A DNA stretch of 64,000 nucleotides from Alphaproteobacteria bacterium (GCA_030428255.1 JAUIBT010000020.1:9380-73379), one strand, 5' to 3'. Positions 18,961 to 29,740 are shown, counted from the stretch's first letter. Numbers and translations: made by a program. The notes: generated from the letters alone by a model not told the origin.

Positions 18961-20088
18961 CTAGAGTGGCGGCGGGATCAGCACGAAGCTGCCGACGTGG
19001 GTCTTGCGCAAAAAGGCCTCCTGCGCGGCCTGGATTTCCGCCAAGGGATAGGTGCCAGCGATGGCGGGGTTGAGGCCGCCGTCCGCCAGGACCGCCAACA
19101 GCGCCTCGAAGGTGCCGGGCTCGTAGGCCGCCGAACCGAAAAAGGACAGGCTCTTGAGGTAGAGCGTGCGCAGGTCCAATTCGACCAGTGGCCCCGCGAT
19201 GGCTCCGGCCACCACATAGCGCCCGCCGCGCGCCAAAAGGCCCAACAGCGTGCCAAAAGCTGGCCCGCCCACCACATCGGCTACCAGGCTGAAGGCTTGC
19301 CCCTGGTTGGCCGTGCGGGCCTGCTGCGGCCAATTGGGTGCGCGCCGGTCAATCACCGCATCCGCGCCCAGAGTCTGCAAAGCCTGCGCCTTGCTGGGAT
19401 CGGCCAGCGCCACGACCTGCGCGCCTGCATGCTTGGCGATCTGGATCAAAAAGGTGCCAACGCCGCCCGAGGCGCCGGTGATCAACAGGCTGTCGCCTGC
19501 ACGAAGGCCAGCCGCGCGCAGCATGTTCATGGCCGTGCCGCCCGAACAGGGCAGTGTGGCAAGCTGCTGATCGCTGAGGCTGGTGGCGGGCAGGGGATGG
19601 ACGTTGCGGGCTGGCACCTTGATGAACTGCGCGAAAGCCCCGTCCTGGTCCGAGCCCAAAAAGCCCACTGTCTCGCGCCAGTTGGGATCTTGCGGGTCGT
19701 AGAGATAAGGTTGAACCAAGGCTTTCTGGTTGAGCAGCCTGGGATCGACGCCTGGACCCAAAGCCACCACGCGACCGAGGCAGTCCAGGCCTTGGATGCG
19801 GGGAAACTCGGGATCGCCGGTCCAATCGCCCATGTTACCGTTGGTGTCGTCGCTGCTGTTAGGTGTTTTGCCTGCAACTTGGCTGGCCGTATCGCCAGAC
19901 ACGGTCTTTGCGTACCAGCCCACGCGCGCATTGATGTCTGCGTTGTTGACCCCGGCTGCCAGCACTTGGAGCAGCGCTTCGCCTGCGCCGGGCTGCGGCA
20001 CCGGCAGGTCTTCGCGATAGTGCAGGGCCTCGAACCCACCGTAGCCGGTAAGCTGGACGCCCGCCATGGTCAGCGGCAGACGGCTCAT
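18961..20088 (-). CDS. Zinc-type/MDR-superfamily alcohol dehydrogenase / quinone oxidoreductase family protein
   Basis: MDR fold with the Rossmann motif LITGASGGVGTFLIQIAK. 375 aa. Confidence 0.8.
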   Translation of the reverse strand: MSRLPLTMAGVQLTGYGGFEALHYREDLPVPQPGAGEALLQVLAAGVNNADINARVGWYAKTVSGDTASQVAGKTPNSSDDTNGNMGDWTGDPEFPRIQGLDCLGRVVALGPGVDPRLLNQKALVQPYLYDPQDPNWRETVGFLGSDQDGAFAQFIKVPARNVHPLPATSLSDQQLATLPCSGGTAMNMLRAAGLRAGDSLLITGASGGVGTFLIQIAKHAGAQVVALADPSKAQALQTLGADAVIDRRAPNWPQQARTANQGQAFSLVADVVGGPAFGTLLGLLARGGRYVVAGAIAGPLVELDLRTLYLKSLSFFGSAAYEPGTFEALLAVLADGGLNPAIAGTYPLAEIQAAQEAFLRKTHVGSFVLIPPPL

Positions 20089-20097
20089 AACAGGCCT

Positions 20098-20613
20098 CTA
20101 TCGGTCTGCGTCGCCACGCGGTCCGCGGCTTTGCTCCATGACCTGGGCCATGGGCACCGTCGGCTTATAGAACGAAGTGCGCACGGTCAGCGAGGTCTTA
20201 ACATGACCGACGTTTGGCGCTGGGGTCAGCTTGGAGGTCAAGAAGGTTTGGAAGCTCTCCAGGTCCTGCGCCACGATCTTGAGCAAGAAGTCGATTTCGC
20301 CCGACAGCATATAGCAGGCCCGGACCTCGTCCCAGGAGTAGCTCAGATCCTCGAACGCGCGCAGATCGGCTTCGGCTTGGGATTTCAGGCCGACATAAGC
20401 GAAGACGGTCACCTTATAGCCCAGCAACTCGGGCGACAGGTCGGCGTGGTAGCCCTTGATGTAGCCTTGTTCTTCCAGCACCCGCACGCGCCGCAAACAG
20501 GGCGGCGCAGAAATGCCCGCGCGCTTGGCCAGCTCGACGTTGGTCATGCGCCCATTGTTCTGCAGATCGGAAAGGATCTGCAGATCAGTTGGGTCCAGCT
20601 TCCCTCGGCTCAT
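20098..20613 (-). CDS. Lrp/AsnC family transcriptional regulator
   Basis: HTH_AsnC N-terminus (LDPTDLQILSDLQNNGRMTNVELAKRAGISAPPCLRRVRVLEEQGYIKGY) plus a RAM domain. Confidence 0.9.
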   Translation of the reverse strand: MSRGKLDPTDLQILSDLQNNGRMTNVELAKRAGISAPPCLRRVRVLEEQGYIKGYHADLSPELLGYKVTVFAYVGLKSQAEADLRAFEDLSYSWDEVRACYMLSGEIDFLLKIVAQDLESFQTFLTSKLTPAPNVGHVKTSLTVRTSFYKPTVPMAQVMEQSRGPRGDADR

Positions 20614-20783
20614 GCCTGTGTCCTCATGTCATTGACCGTCCACACTTGGCCCGCAGTTTGAGAGGTGTTAGCCTCTTGCGGTACCGCTTTTGTGACCTTA
20701 TGTCTCGAAATCGAGCAAGAATGTTTCACGAAAGCAAACGATAAGCAAGAAGTTTGCGTAGCCGCTGAGTAAGTTGTCTTTTT

Positions 20784-21821
20784 ATGTTAAGTTCTGCTGG
20801 CGAGACCAAGGGTGGGCCCGCCATTTGGGTGCTCTGCGACCACAAAATCGGATCGAAGAACCAGTGTTTGGCTCTGGCCGACGCCATAGCACAGCGTTGG
20901 CGCGCTACGATAGACACCAAGGAGCTGCGGCTCAAGAAGCCTTGGCGCTGGCTTGCGCCGCAATTTCATCCGCTCAGCTTAGGCTTGCTGGAAGCGCAAT
21001 CCTGTTCGGCGCTCAGCGCGCCTTGGCCCGACCTGGTCATCGCTTCGGGCTCCAAACTGGTCGCGCCTGCCCTGGCCATCAAAGCGGCCAGTCAGGGGCG
21101 CTGTAAGGCCATCCAGATCCTTGACCCAAGCTGTCATCGCGCCCGCTTTGATGCTATCATCACCCCGGAGCACGATCAGCTCAGGGGCTCCAATGTCATC
21201 AGCATCAAGGGCGCGCTGGCTCTGCACGACCAACAGCGCTTGGACGAAGGGCGCGCGGTGGTGGCACCACTGATGCTAGGACCGGGACCGCATGTTGCCG
21301 TGATGATTGGCGGATCCAACAAGGATTATGAGCTGACCAGCGCGGCGCTGATCGCACCCGTCGAACGCCTGTTGGAGACCGGGGCAGGGCGGGTCTACCT
21401 TTGCTCCTCGCGGCGCACACCAGCGGCGGTTTTGCACGAGCTGGAGCAGCGCTTTGCCGACGACGAACGGGTTTGGTTGCGCGACCAGGCTGGGGCGAAC
21501 CCCTACTGGGGCTTGCTGGTGCAAAGCGATTTGGTCTGCGTCACTCAAGATTCGATTAGCATGGTCAGCGAGGCAGCCAGTTTGGGGCGTCCGGTCCTCA
21601 CCTTGCCGCTGCTCCGCCGTCGCCAGAGGCCCTGGCCCTTCGCCCGGCGTGCGAAGTTCCCGGCTTTTGAAGCTGCGATGCTAGCGGGCGGCCATGTGCG
21701 CCGCTTCACTGCGGGCTTTGAGGTCTGGGACGCGCCCAAGCTTGACGACATGGCGACCGCGCTGGCGGGGCTCGAACCCTTGCTCGAGCAGCACTTTGGT
21801 TGCGATAATTCGCGCTCCTGA
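20784..21821 (+). CDS. ELM1/DUF1022 family protein (putative glycosyltransferase-like)
   Basis: Typical bacterial ELM1-family layout (IWVLCDHKIGSKNQCLALADA...VMIGGSNKDYELT...). Confidence 0.7.
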   Translation: MLSSAGETKGGPAIWVLCDHKIGSKNQCLALADAIAQRWRATIDTKELRLKKPWRWLAPQFHPLSLGLLEAQSCSALSAPWPDLVIASGSKLVAPALAIKAASQGRCKAIQILDPSCHRARFDAIITPEHDQLRGSNVISIKGALALHDQQRLDEGRAVVAPLMLGPGPHVAVMIGGSNKDYELTSAALIAPVERLLETGAGRVYLCSSRRTPAAVLHELEQRFADDERVWLRDQAGANPYWGLLVQSDLVCVTQDSISMVSEAASLGRPVLTLPLLRRRQRPWPFARRAKFPAFEAAMLAGGHVRRFTAGFEVWDAPKLDDMATALAGLEPLLEQHFGCDNSRS

Positions 21822-21950
21822 CCATAGCCCGGGGTTTACGGCACACTCGCCCAATTCGCCAAACGCGGCATGGGTTAGCCTGGGACCTGGATTTCCCAGC
21901 CGCCAGGGCTTATCTGTGTGCCACGACGTGCAACCTTGCCAGAAAGATAG

Positions 21951-22940
<990 letters not shown>

Positions 22941-23014
22941 CGCAAACCGCGAGCAATTGCAGTCAAATCAATGAACAAGGGGGCTGGTGCGAATGCCAAG
23001 GGCCGCACCATGCA

Positions 23015-23914
23015 CTAATATATCCCCAATTGGCAGCAGCCTTCATAGGTCTGCGGGCCAATCTGAGCGCGGATATAAAAGGGGTAGTCAATGTCGCTCA
23101 TACCGTCAGAGCAGGCTTGGCCCCCCTTGGCGCTTTGATACAGGATGTCAGCGCGCAGCACGCCGCTGGAGGACTGTAAGGCCGTAAAGTTGCCCTGTGT
23201 CGTGGCTGTGCCCAGGGCGTTGATCTCCGTACCGTCCAGGTTGGTATAGCGCAGCTTATTGCCGATCAGTCGCAGGCCCCAAAAGGGTTCGGTGCCGCCG
23301 CACTGCCAATTCTCGCCGTGATCATCGCCACCCGTAGCCACCAGCATATGATCGGCCTCGACCCAACCCAGTTGGCCGTTTAGGCTCACTTGCAGCCAAC
23401 CTGGTTCGGCCAGGCCTGTCAGCGCGGCACTCTGGCTGCCGGGCGCTAGGCGCGCCAGGCGCGTTGCATTGGCCTGGGGCGCAGAGCGCAGGGCCAGGCT
23501 GCTGCCCGATCGAATGCCAATCACCAGACCTTTGAGCCCTTGTCCCTGCAAGGGCTGGGGCGCAACGCCCGGCTCGACCACCGCCAAATAGCGCGCCCGC
23601 GCCCAGCCCTCTAAAAACCCGTGGCGGACATAGAGCCAGTCGCCTTGGCTGGGTCCGACGGTGATGACCTCTTGGCTTCCCGGCGGCATGTCGCCCATCA
23701 ACGGAGCTTTGGCGTGAGGGGCTTGGCGCAAGTTCAATACGTCGTCGGCTGCCACATTGATGACCTGCAAGCGGGCGCGGCTGGCGACCTCGGCCAGGCT
23801 CGGCAGGGAAACGGCGCAGAGCGCGAGGCCTGCAAGCGCGGCCAAGCCGCTGCGCACAAGGGGGGCAAGCGGCTTCATGGAAGTGGGCATCATGGAAAAG
23901 GTTGCGATGATCAT
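23015..23914 (-). CDS. Secreted SH3b-domain protein with Cys-rich C-terminal domain (start ambiguous: 23914/23893/23878)
   Basis: Signal peptide (LAALAGLALCAVSLPSLA). Two SH3b-like segments (..GDWLYVRHGFLEGWARARYL.., ..GWLQVSLNGQLGWVEADHML..). A C-terminal Cys-containing domain (COG3650-like). Confidence 0.65.
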   Translation of the reverse strand: MIIATFSMMPTSMKPLAPLVRSGLAALAGLALCAVSLPSLAEVASRARLQVINVAADDVLNLRQAPHAKAPLMGDMPPGSQEVITVGPSQGDWLYVRHGFLEGWARARYLAVVEPGVAPQPLQGQGLKGLVIGIRSGSSLALRSAPQANATRLARLAPGSQSAALTGLAEPGWLQVSLNGQLGWVEADHMLVATGGDDHGENWQCGGTEPFWGLRLIGNKLRYTNLDGTEINALGTATTQGNFTALQSSSGVLRADILYQSAKGGQACSDGMSDIDYPFYIRAQIGPQTYEGCCQLGIY

Positions 23915-24072
23915 GTCTCTAGACTTGAGCTTTGGTGTGACTAGGCTATCCCGTGGACGGCGGGCGGCTGGCAGTGTAGCACAGCAAGGCCAAGCTAGCG
24001 CAGATTGCCTGAACCCAAGCTGAAGTGCGCCGCCCTGAGCGCCACAGTCCTCTCAAAATGAAAGGCCTCGAC

Positions 24073-24774
24073 ATGACCCTTGCGACCCTCCACGAGCTGC
24101 GCGGCGCCTACGATCAATGCTTTAGCCCCTACGTGTGGCGGGTGAAAATGGTGCTGGCGCACTTGAGCATTGACCACCAGCGTCAGGGTCACGCCTTTAC
24201 CGACATTGGCGATGTCGCGGGCGGGGGCTTTAAGACCCTGCCGGTCCTGCAAGATGCCAGCGGGGCCACAGGCGATTCCTGGGACATCAGCGCCAAACTG
24301 GCGGCCGAGAGCGGCCAAGACCTCTATGGGGGGGCAGCGGGCTACAGCCTGGCGCTGTATCTCAATGGCTGGTCGGGGTTAGCGCTTTTGGGCCCGATTT
24401 TGTGCTTGCACGCGGCTTCGATCTGCCAGGACTTGCAGCGCAAGGACCAGGACTACTTCCGCACGACACGCGAAAAGCGCTTGCGCACGAGTTTGGAGGA
24501 GTTGGCGGCAGATCCAGACCCCCAGCTCAAAAAGATCAGCCGCGCCCTGACGCCGTTTGAGGCCGTCTTGCAACAGCAAGACTTCTTTGGCGGCGCGACG
24601 CCGGTCTATGCCGACTACCTGATGTTCGGCAATTTCCAGTTCGCGCGTTGCACCGGGCCTCACGATGTTCTGACCGCCAACCCAGTAATTTCAGCTTGGT
24701 TTGAGCGCTGCCTCGACCTACATGCGGGGCTTGGCAGACGCGAAGCCAGCTTTAAGGAAAGGCATGCAGTATGA
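24073..24774 (+). CDS. GST-like protein (thioredoxin-fold N-domain with CxxP-type motif)
   Basis: Glutaredoxin/GST N-terminal-like motif CFSPYVWRVKMVL and a GST C-terminal-like helical region. Its stop overlaps the next gene's start by 4 nt. Confidence 0.6.
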   Translation: MTLATLHELRGAYDQCFSPYVWRVKMVLAHLSIDHQRQGHAFTDIGDVAGGGFKTLPVLQDASGATGDSWDISAKLAAESGQDLYGGAAGYSLALYLNGWSGLALLGPILCLHAASICQDLQRKDQDYFRTTREKRLRTSLEELAADPDPQLKKISRALTPFEAVLQQQDFFGGATPVYADYLMFGNFQFARCTGPHDVLTANPVISAWFERCLDLHAGLGRREASFKERHAV

Positions 24775-25427
24775 TTGATATCTACCTTTGGTCCACGCCC
24801 AACGGCTATAAGCCTATGATTATGTTAGAAGAGCTGGGTATCGACTATTGCATCAAGCCGGTCGATATCAACAATGACGAGCAGTTTGCGCCCGATTTCT
24901 TGGCGATCTCACCCAACAATCGCATCCCGGCGCTTGTTGATCACGAGCCGCGGGACAAGGGCGCTGCGCTGGCGGTGTTCGAATCCGGTGCCATGTTGGA
25001 GTATTTGGCCGACAAGTACGGCGTCTTCCTGCCGAAGCAGACCCGGTCGCGCTATGAGGTCTTGCAGTGGCTGCACTGGCAGATGGGCGGCTTTGGCCCT
25101 ATGCTGGGGCAAAATCACCACTTTGCGGTCTATGCAGAGAACAAGATCCCCTACGCCATCGACCGCTATCAACAAGAGACCGCGCGGCTCTACGGCGTCC
25201 TCAACCGGCAACTTGAAGGCAAGGCCTTCGTTGCGGGTGATTATTCCATCGCCGATATGGCCATTTGGCCTTGGGCCTTTCGCCATAAGCGCCACTCGAT
25301 TGACCTGAACGACTACCCCGCCGTGAAGACCTGGTACGACGCCATGTTTGCGCGGCCTGCGGTCCAGGCGGCCTTGACAAAGACCGACCAGGCGGTGGCG
25401 GCTTACAAGGAAAGGACAGCAGCTTGA
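24771..25427 (+). CDS. Glutathione S-transferase (Nu/YfcG-like)
   Basis: IDIYLWSTPNGYKPMIMLEELGIDY...PALVDHEP..LAVFESGAMLEYLADKYG, GST N- and C-domains. Confidence 0.88.
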   Translation: MIDIYLWSTPNGYKPMIMLEELGIDYCIKPVDINNDEQFAPDFLAISPNNRIPALVDHEPRDKGAALAVFESGAMLEYLADKYGVFLPKQTRSRYEVLQWLHWQMGGFGPMLGQNHHFAVYAENKIPYAIDRYQQETARLYGVLNRQLEGKAFVAGDYSIADMAIWPWAFRHKRHSIDLNDYPAVKTWYDAMFARPAVQAALTKTDQAVAAYKERTAA

Positions 25428-26008
25428 TGTCTAGCGACTCTGCAACTTTGGAGCTTCTGGCAAAGCGCCGCTCGATCAAGGCGGTCGATATGGGCTCTGC
25501 GCCGCTGTCTGCCGAGCAAATCGACACGATCCTGCGCGCCGGTCTGCGGGTGCCCGATCACGGTAAACTTGCGCCTTGGCGCTTTGTGGTCTTTGCAGGC
25601 GAGGGGCGCGGGCGTTTTGGCCAGGTGCTGGAAGCGGCCTATGCCAAGACTTTCCCGGACGCGGCACCCTCCTCCTACGCCTTTGAGCGCGGCCGTTTCG
25701 AGCGCGCCGGAGCGGTGATTGCCGTCATTTCTGCCCCGCGCTTGCACCCCAAAATCCCGGTTTGGGAACAGCAGCTGTCCGCCGGGGCTGTCTGCCAAAA
25801 CATGCTGATTGCTGGCACCGCGCTGGGCTTGGCCTGCCAATGGCTGACCGAATGGTACGCCTTCGATGCTGATGTGCAAGCAGCGCTGGGCCTGGGCGAC
25901 GGCGAGCAGATTGCGGGCTTCTTGTATTTCGGCAGCCGCTTGCAAGAACCCGACGAGCGGGACCGTCCCGACTTTGATGCCGTCGTGTCTTGGTATGGCC
26001 GCGAGTGA
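25424..26008 (+). CDS. Nitroreductase family protein
   Basis: LLAKRRSIKAV...PDHGKLAPWRFVVF, the nitroreductase fold. Overlaps the previous stop by 4 nt. Confidence 0.85.
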   Translation: MMSSDSATLELLAKRRSIKAVDMGSAPLSAEQIDTILRAGLRVPDHGKLAPWRFVVFAGEGRGRFGQVLEAAYAKTFPDAAPSSYAFERGRFERAGAVIAVISAPRLHPKIPVWEQQLSAGAVCQNMLIAGTALGLACQWLTEWYAFDADVQAALGLGDGEQIAGFLYFGSRLQEPDERDRPDFDAVVSWYGRE

Positions 26009-27062
26009 GGCCGACCAGACACGCCTTGAAGCGCTGCGCCTGGCCTTGTGGCAAGCCTTGCAGGGCAGTGGCCTCGATGGGCTAGCCACCTTGCCGCTGA
26101 GCGCGCTGGAGGTGTTGCAGGATCAAGGCTTGGCGCACGACCATATCCGCCTGGGCGATACCGGGCTGCTGGCGCGCTTGCCCAAGCAATCGCAGTGGCA
26201 ACACAGCCCGGCGGACAATCTGGCCTATCAGGCGCACTGCTTTCGGGCCTGTGCGCTCAGCGGTGCGACCCCCAAGCTTCAGGCGGTCTTGCCCGTCAGC
26301 GCTGCTTTGCCTTACGGTGCCTTGCTGGTGGATTTTATCGCGGGGCGGCGTGCGCGCTTGCCGGACGACTTGCCTGCCATTGCCCGCTGCCTCGCCCAGC
26401 TGCACGCAAGCCCTTTGGGCACTGAGGCTGTGGCCTTGCTGGATCAAAGCGATCTCTTGGCCGCTAACAGCACCGAGCTTGATCGCCAAATGGCCTACCT
26501 CGACCGCTACCCGCTGGCGGAGGAGGCGCGCGCGCTCCTGTTGGCCCTGCGCAGCGACTTGGACGCCTGCATGCCCCACAGCGAACCAAAACCGCGCCAT
26601 CTCATCGCGAACGACACCCACCCAGGCAACTATATCCTGCGCGATAGTCAAGCGGTGCTGGTGGACTTGGAGAAGGCCGCACTGGGCAATCCGGGCATCG
26701 ATTTGGCCCACGCCAGCGCCTACACCTCGACCACTTGGGAGCCGCAAGGCGCCGCGCGTCTGGACCTTGGGCAGGTGCGCGCCTTCTATGCGCATTACTT
26801 GGCGCTGGTCGCTCCCGAGCAGGCAGAACGCTTGCGGCCGTGGCTGTTGCCAGCCCGGCGACTCCTCTATGTGCGGGCGCTGTCCTGGTGCCTCATGTGG
26901 CTGTGTGAGCTGGACAATCAGCGGTCTGGCTGGTCCCAAGAGCGCAGCCAAAGCAGTGTCGTGGCGCATTTCCAGGCCCGTGCGCAGCATTTCTTGCAGC
27001 CCGAGACCTTGGCTTGGATTGACAGCGAATTGCAGGGGCTGGAAGAGTCGCTTTGCCCTTGA
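25995..27062 (+). CDS. Phosphotransferase (APH/choline-kinase-like) family protein
   Basis: Brenner/APH catalytic motif HLIANDTHPGNYIL and DLEKAALGNPGIDLAH. The ATG at 25995 overlaps the nitroreductase 3' end by 14 nt. The ORF-track start (25866) is upstream inside the previous gene. Confidence 0.8.
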   Translation: MAASEADQTRLEALRLALWQALQGSGLDGLATLPLSALEVLQDQGLAHDHIRLGDTGLLARLPKQSQWQHSPADNLAYQAHCFRACALSGATPKLQAVLPVSAALPYGALLVDFIAGRRARLPDDLPAIARCLAQLHASPLGTEAVALLDQSDLLAANSTELDRQMAYLDRYPLAEEARALLLALRSDLDACMPHSEPKPRHLIANDTHPGNYILRDSQAVLVDLEKAALGNPGIDLAHASAYTSTTWEPQGAARLDLGQVRAFYAHYLALVAPEQAERLRPWLLPARRLLYVRALSWCLMWLCELDNQRSGWSQERSQSSVVAHFQARAQHFLQPETLAWIDSELQGLEESLCP

Positions 27063-27227
27063 TTTTGTCAGAACGACAGCGTAGACACGCGCTTCACGCA
27101 AGACGCGGGTGCGCAGGACTGGCTTTCCAGGCTGCGAGCACGCGGGATAGATCGAGGCGCGCTTGGTGGACTGGCTTTGGCTGGGCCTTCAGACTGCCGC
27201 GACCGATCAAAGACAAAGGAAGATACC

Positions 27228-27407
27228 ATGGCTGTTCAAAAGTCGAAAGTGACCCCGTCACGTCGCGGTATGCGCCGCTCGCACGATGCCCTGAAGAACC
27301 CGACCTACATCACCGATAAGGACAGCGGTGAGCTGCGTCGCCCGCACCACATCGACCTGTCTACCGGCATGTATCGCGGCCGCCAGATCCTGGACCCGAA
27401 AGACTAA
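27228..27407 (+). CDS. rpmF: 50S ribosomal protein L32
   Basis: [25 protein letters not shown]..., canonical L32. Start chosen at the internal ATG. Confidence 0.95.
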   Translation: MAVQKSKVTPSRRGMRRSHDALKNPTYITDKDSGELRRPHHIDLSTGMYRGRQILDPKD

Positions 27408-27626
27408 ACGAAGGCGCTTTCGCGGACCTTCGGTTATTTCACCATCGTTGCCACCCGGCGGCGGTGGTGTTGCTGTTTGGGGCGATGAAAACATCAGCCC
27501 CTTGCGTCTTGTGCTCAGGGGCTCCAGTGCCTAGATAAGGCCAGGTGGCTGCCGACTTTCTCGCTTTGGCAAGACGAGAGCTGAGGCCCCATCTGGCGGA
27601 CTCCCGCCCGCCCGCCCGCGCCGGCG

Positions 27627-27690
27627 GCAGCCATGATGACAGCGGCTGGCATAATGACAGCGGCAGCCATGATGACAGCGGCAGCCATGA
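27627..27690. repeat. Tandem repeat, 18-bp unit x~3.5 (gcagccatgatgacagcg)
   Basis: ggcagccatgatgacagcggctggcataatgacagcggcagccatgatgacagcggcagccatgataaaaac. It lies immediately upstream of the small membrane protein gene. Confidence 0.85.
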
Positions 27691-27708
27691 TAAAAACACG
27701 AGGTTATC

Positions 27709-28080
27709 TTGAACGATTTTCCACCCCCTCCACCACCCAAACTGGGGTTCTTGTCCTGGTTGCGCATTGCATTTGTGCTGTTTGTGGCTGGGGTCGTGGC
27801 GGTTGTCGCTCTGTTTTTGAGCAGCATGTTTCTGATTTTCGGGCTGGTGATTGCGGCGATTTTTTCGGTTTGGGCGACCTTCAAGCTGCGGCGCTCGACC
27901 ATCAAGGGCCACTATGAAGCCCACCACGTTCGGCGGAGTGCTGGGCGACAGGTCATTCGTGGCGACTATCTGGAGGTTCTGGAAAGCCAGGAGTTGGAGC
28001 AAGACGGCAAGAAAGCCAAGAAAGGCCGCAAGCCCAAGGTGAGCAAAGCGAAGGACAAGGGCGCAAAGACGCGCAAATAG
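27709..28080 (+). CDS. Small membrane protein with poly-proline N-terminus and Lys-rich C-terminal tail (hypothetical)
   Basis: TTG start with a GAGG RBS 7 nt upstream. MNDFPPPPPPKLG, then two predicted TM helices, then KKAKKGRKPKVSKAKDKGAKTRK. No recognisable family. Confidence 0.55.
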   Translation: MNDFPPPPPPKLGFLSWLRIAFVLFVAGVVAVVALFLSSMFLIFGLVIAAIFSVWATFKLRRSTIKGHYEAHHVRRSAGRQVIRGDYLEVLESQELEQDGKKAKKGRKPKVSKAKDKGAKTRK

Positions 28081-28262
28081 AGCGGGATAGTCTGGGCGCA
28101 GAGGGGGCTGGGGCCGTGCTGCAAGGGCCATTTGCCTGCGGTCGCGCCGGGGCTTTCGCGCTGGTTTTGGTTCGCCGAAGACCATAAGGCCGCAAGCAGC
28201 GCGCAGGGGCTTTACCGCCGCTTCGGAATCGGGTAGCCAGTTGCATTCTGATTCAACCTGAT

Positions 28263-28850
28263 ATGGAGAGCTTCATGTCGCAAGCCTCAAACTTGACCCT
28301 CAGCCACAGCCTGTGGGCTGGAAACCGCGCTGCTGTTTTGCGTTCTGTCGCTTTGATGGCGCTGGGCGTGGCCCTTTTGGCCGTGTCTGCTAAAGCTAAA
28401 ATCGTCATCGGCCCCGTGCCAGTTACATTGCAGACCCTGGTCGTTCTATTGATCGGTGCCAGCTATGGTTGGCGTCTTGCGGCCAGCACCGTTGTGGCTT
28501 ACCTGGCGGCCGGTCTTTCTGGAGCCCCGGTTTTTGCAGGTGAGCTGGTTGGCCCGGCATACTTCGCGGGCCCGACCGCTGGCTACCTGCTGGCCTTCGT
28601 TCCGGCTGCGGCCTTGGTAGGCTGGTTGGCCGAACGCGGTTGGGACAAGTCGGTTCCGATGACCGTTGTTGCCATGGTTCTGGGCAACTTGGTGATCTAC
28701 GCAATCGGCGCAACGTGGCTCGCGAGCATGATCGGTGCACAGAAGGCTTGGACCTTTGGCGTTCTGCCATTCTTGGCGGGTGATGCTGTCAAGATCGGTT
28801 TTGCTGCCCTGGCGCTTCCGTTGGCCTCTAAGGTCCTGGGTCGCAAGTAA
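28263..28850 (+). CDS. bioY: Biotin transporter BioY (ECF S-component-like)
   Basis: BioY signature (KIVIGPVPVTLQTLVVLLIGASYGW...PAYFAGPTAGYLLAF). Confidence 0.9.
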   Translation: MESFMSQASNLTLSHSLWAGNRAAVLRSVALMALGVALLAVSAKAKIVIGPVPVTLQTLVVLLIGASYGWRLAASTVVAYLAAGLSGAPVFAGELVGPAYFAGPTAGYLLAFVPAAALVGWLAERGWDKSVPMTVVAMVLGNLVIYAIGATWLASMIGAQKAWTFGVLPFLAGDAVKIGFAALALPLASKVLGRK

Positions 28851-28876
28851 GCCACCCAGTTTGAGCATACAAGCTA

Positions 28877-29740
28877 ATGACCGTCCCGATTGAGCTGGAT
28901 GGCGCGCAGATTGCCGCCATCTATCGCTATCCCGTCAAGGGCCTGCGCGGGCAGGAACTTGCGGGCTGCGAGCTCACGGTTGGACGCGGGCTGGAAGGCG
29001 ACCGAGGCTATGCCCTGGCCAAGCCTGCCTATCATCAGCACTTTGATGCATCTCGTCAGCAAAGCGAGAACGATGCCGTCTTGGGAGCTTGGGCTCCCAA
29101 GCGGTTTTTCGTGTGCGGGGTCAGCGAGCCCAAGGCTTTGACCTACACGCCCTTGGGGGCTGCTTGGCGAGACCCTGAGGCCGAATTGCCCTTGATGGTC
29201 GAGGGGCCCGCTGGGCGCTTTGATCTGCGCCAAGACGAGCAGAGGCAGCGCTTCGCCTCTTCTTTGGGGCTCGACGAGCCGTTGAGCTTGCTGCGCAACC
29301 CCGAGGGGCTGGGATTTGGCGATCAGGTCGCCCCGGTGGTCAGCCTGGCCAATGTCGCGACTGCCCGTTGGCTTGCCGAACGCTGGGGGCTCAGCGAGCA
29401 CCCGCGCTTTGGGATGCACCCCGACCGCTTCAAGAATAACGTATGGATCGACGGCCTAGCGCCCTTTGAGGAACTCGACTGGATCACCGGCCGTTCGCGA
29501 CTGCGCTTGGGAACGGTGGAATTGACGGTCGTGCAGAACGTCGGGCGATGCGGCAACATCAACGCCAATCCGCTCACCGGTGAGACTGAGGTCAACTATC
29601 TGCAAGACTTGGCCAAGCTGGCGCTAGAGCGCGGACACATGGACAACCGGCGTGCGCGACCAGAGGCTACTTTTGGGGTCTTTGCGCTGGTGACATCAGC
29701 AGGCCACCTGACTTGTGAGGCCGCCGCGAGCGGGCCTTAA
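28877..29740 (+). CDS. MOSC domain-containing protein (MOSC N-terminal beta-barrel + MOSC)
   Basis: IYRYPVKGLRGQEL N-terminal beta-barrel motif and a C-terminal MOSC region with conserved Cys (VGRCGNINANPLTGE). Confidence 0.8.
   Translation: MTVPIELDGAQIAAIYRYPVKGLRGQELAGCELTVGRGLEGDRGYALAKPAYHQHFDASRQQSENDAVLGAWAPKRFFVCGVSEPKALTYTPLGAAWRDPEAELPLMVEGPAGRFDLRQDEQRQRFASSLGLDEPLSLLRNPEGLGFGDQVAPVVSLANVATARWLAERWGLSEHPRFGMHPDRFKNNVWIDGLAPFEELDWITGRSRLRLGTVELTVVQNVGRCGNINANPLTGETEVNYLQDLAKLALERGHMDNRRARPEATFGVFALVTSAGHLTCEAAASGP

Noticed and set aside
26082-27101. 339-aa ORF antisense to the phosphotransferase gene
   Set aside because: Shadow ORF on the opposite strand of a gene with a clear catalytic motif. 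Arg/Ala/Gly/Gln-rich low-complexity translation.
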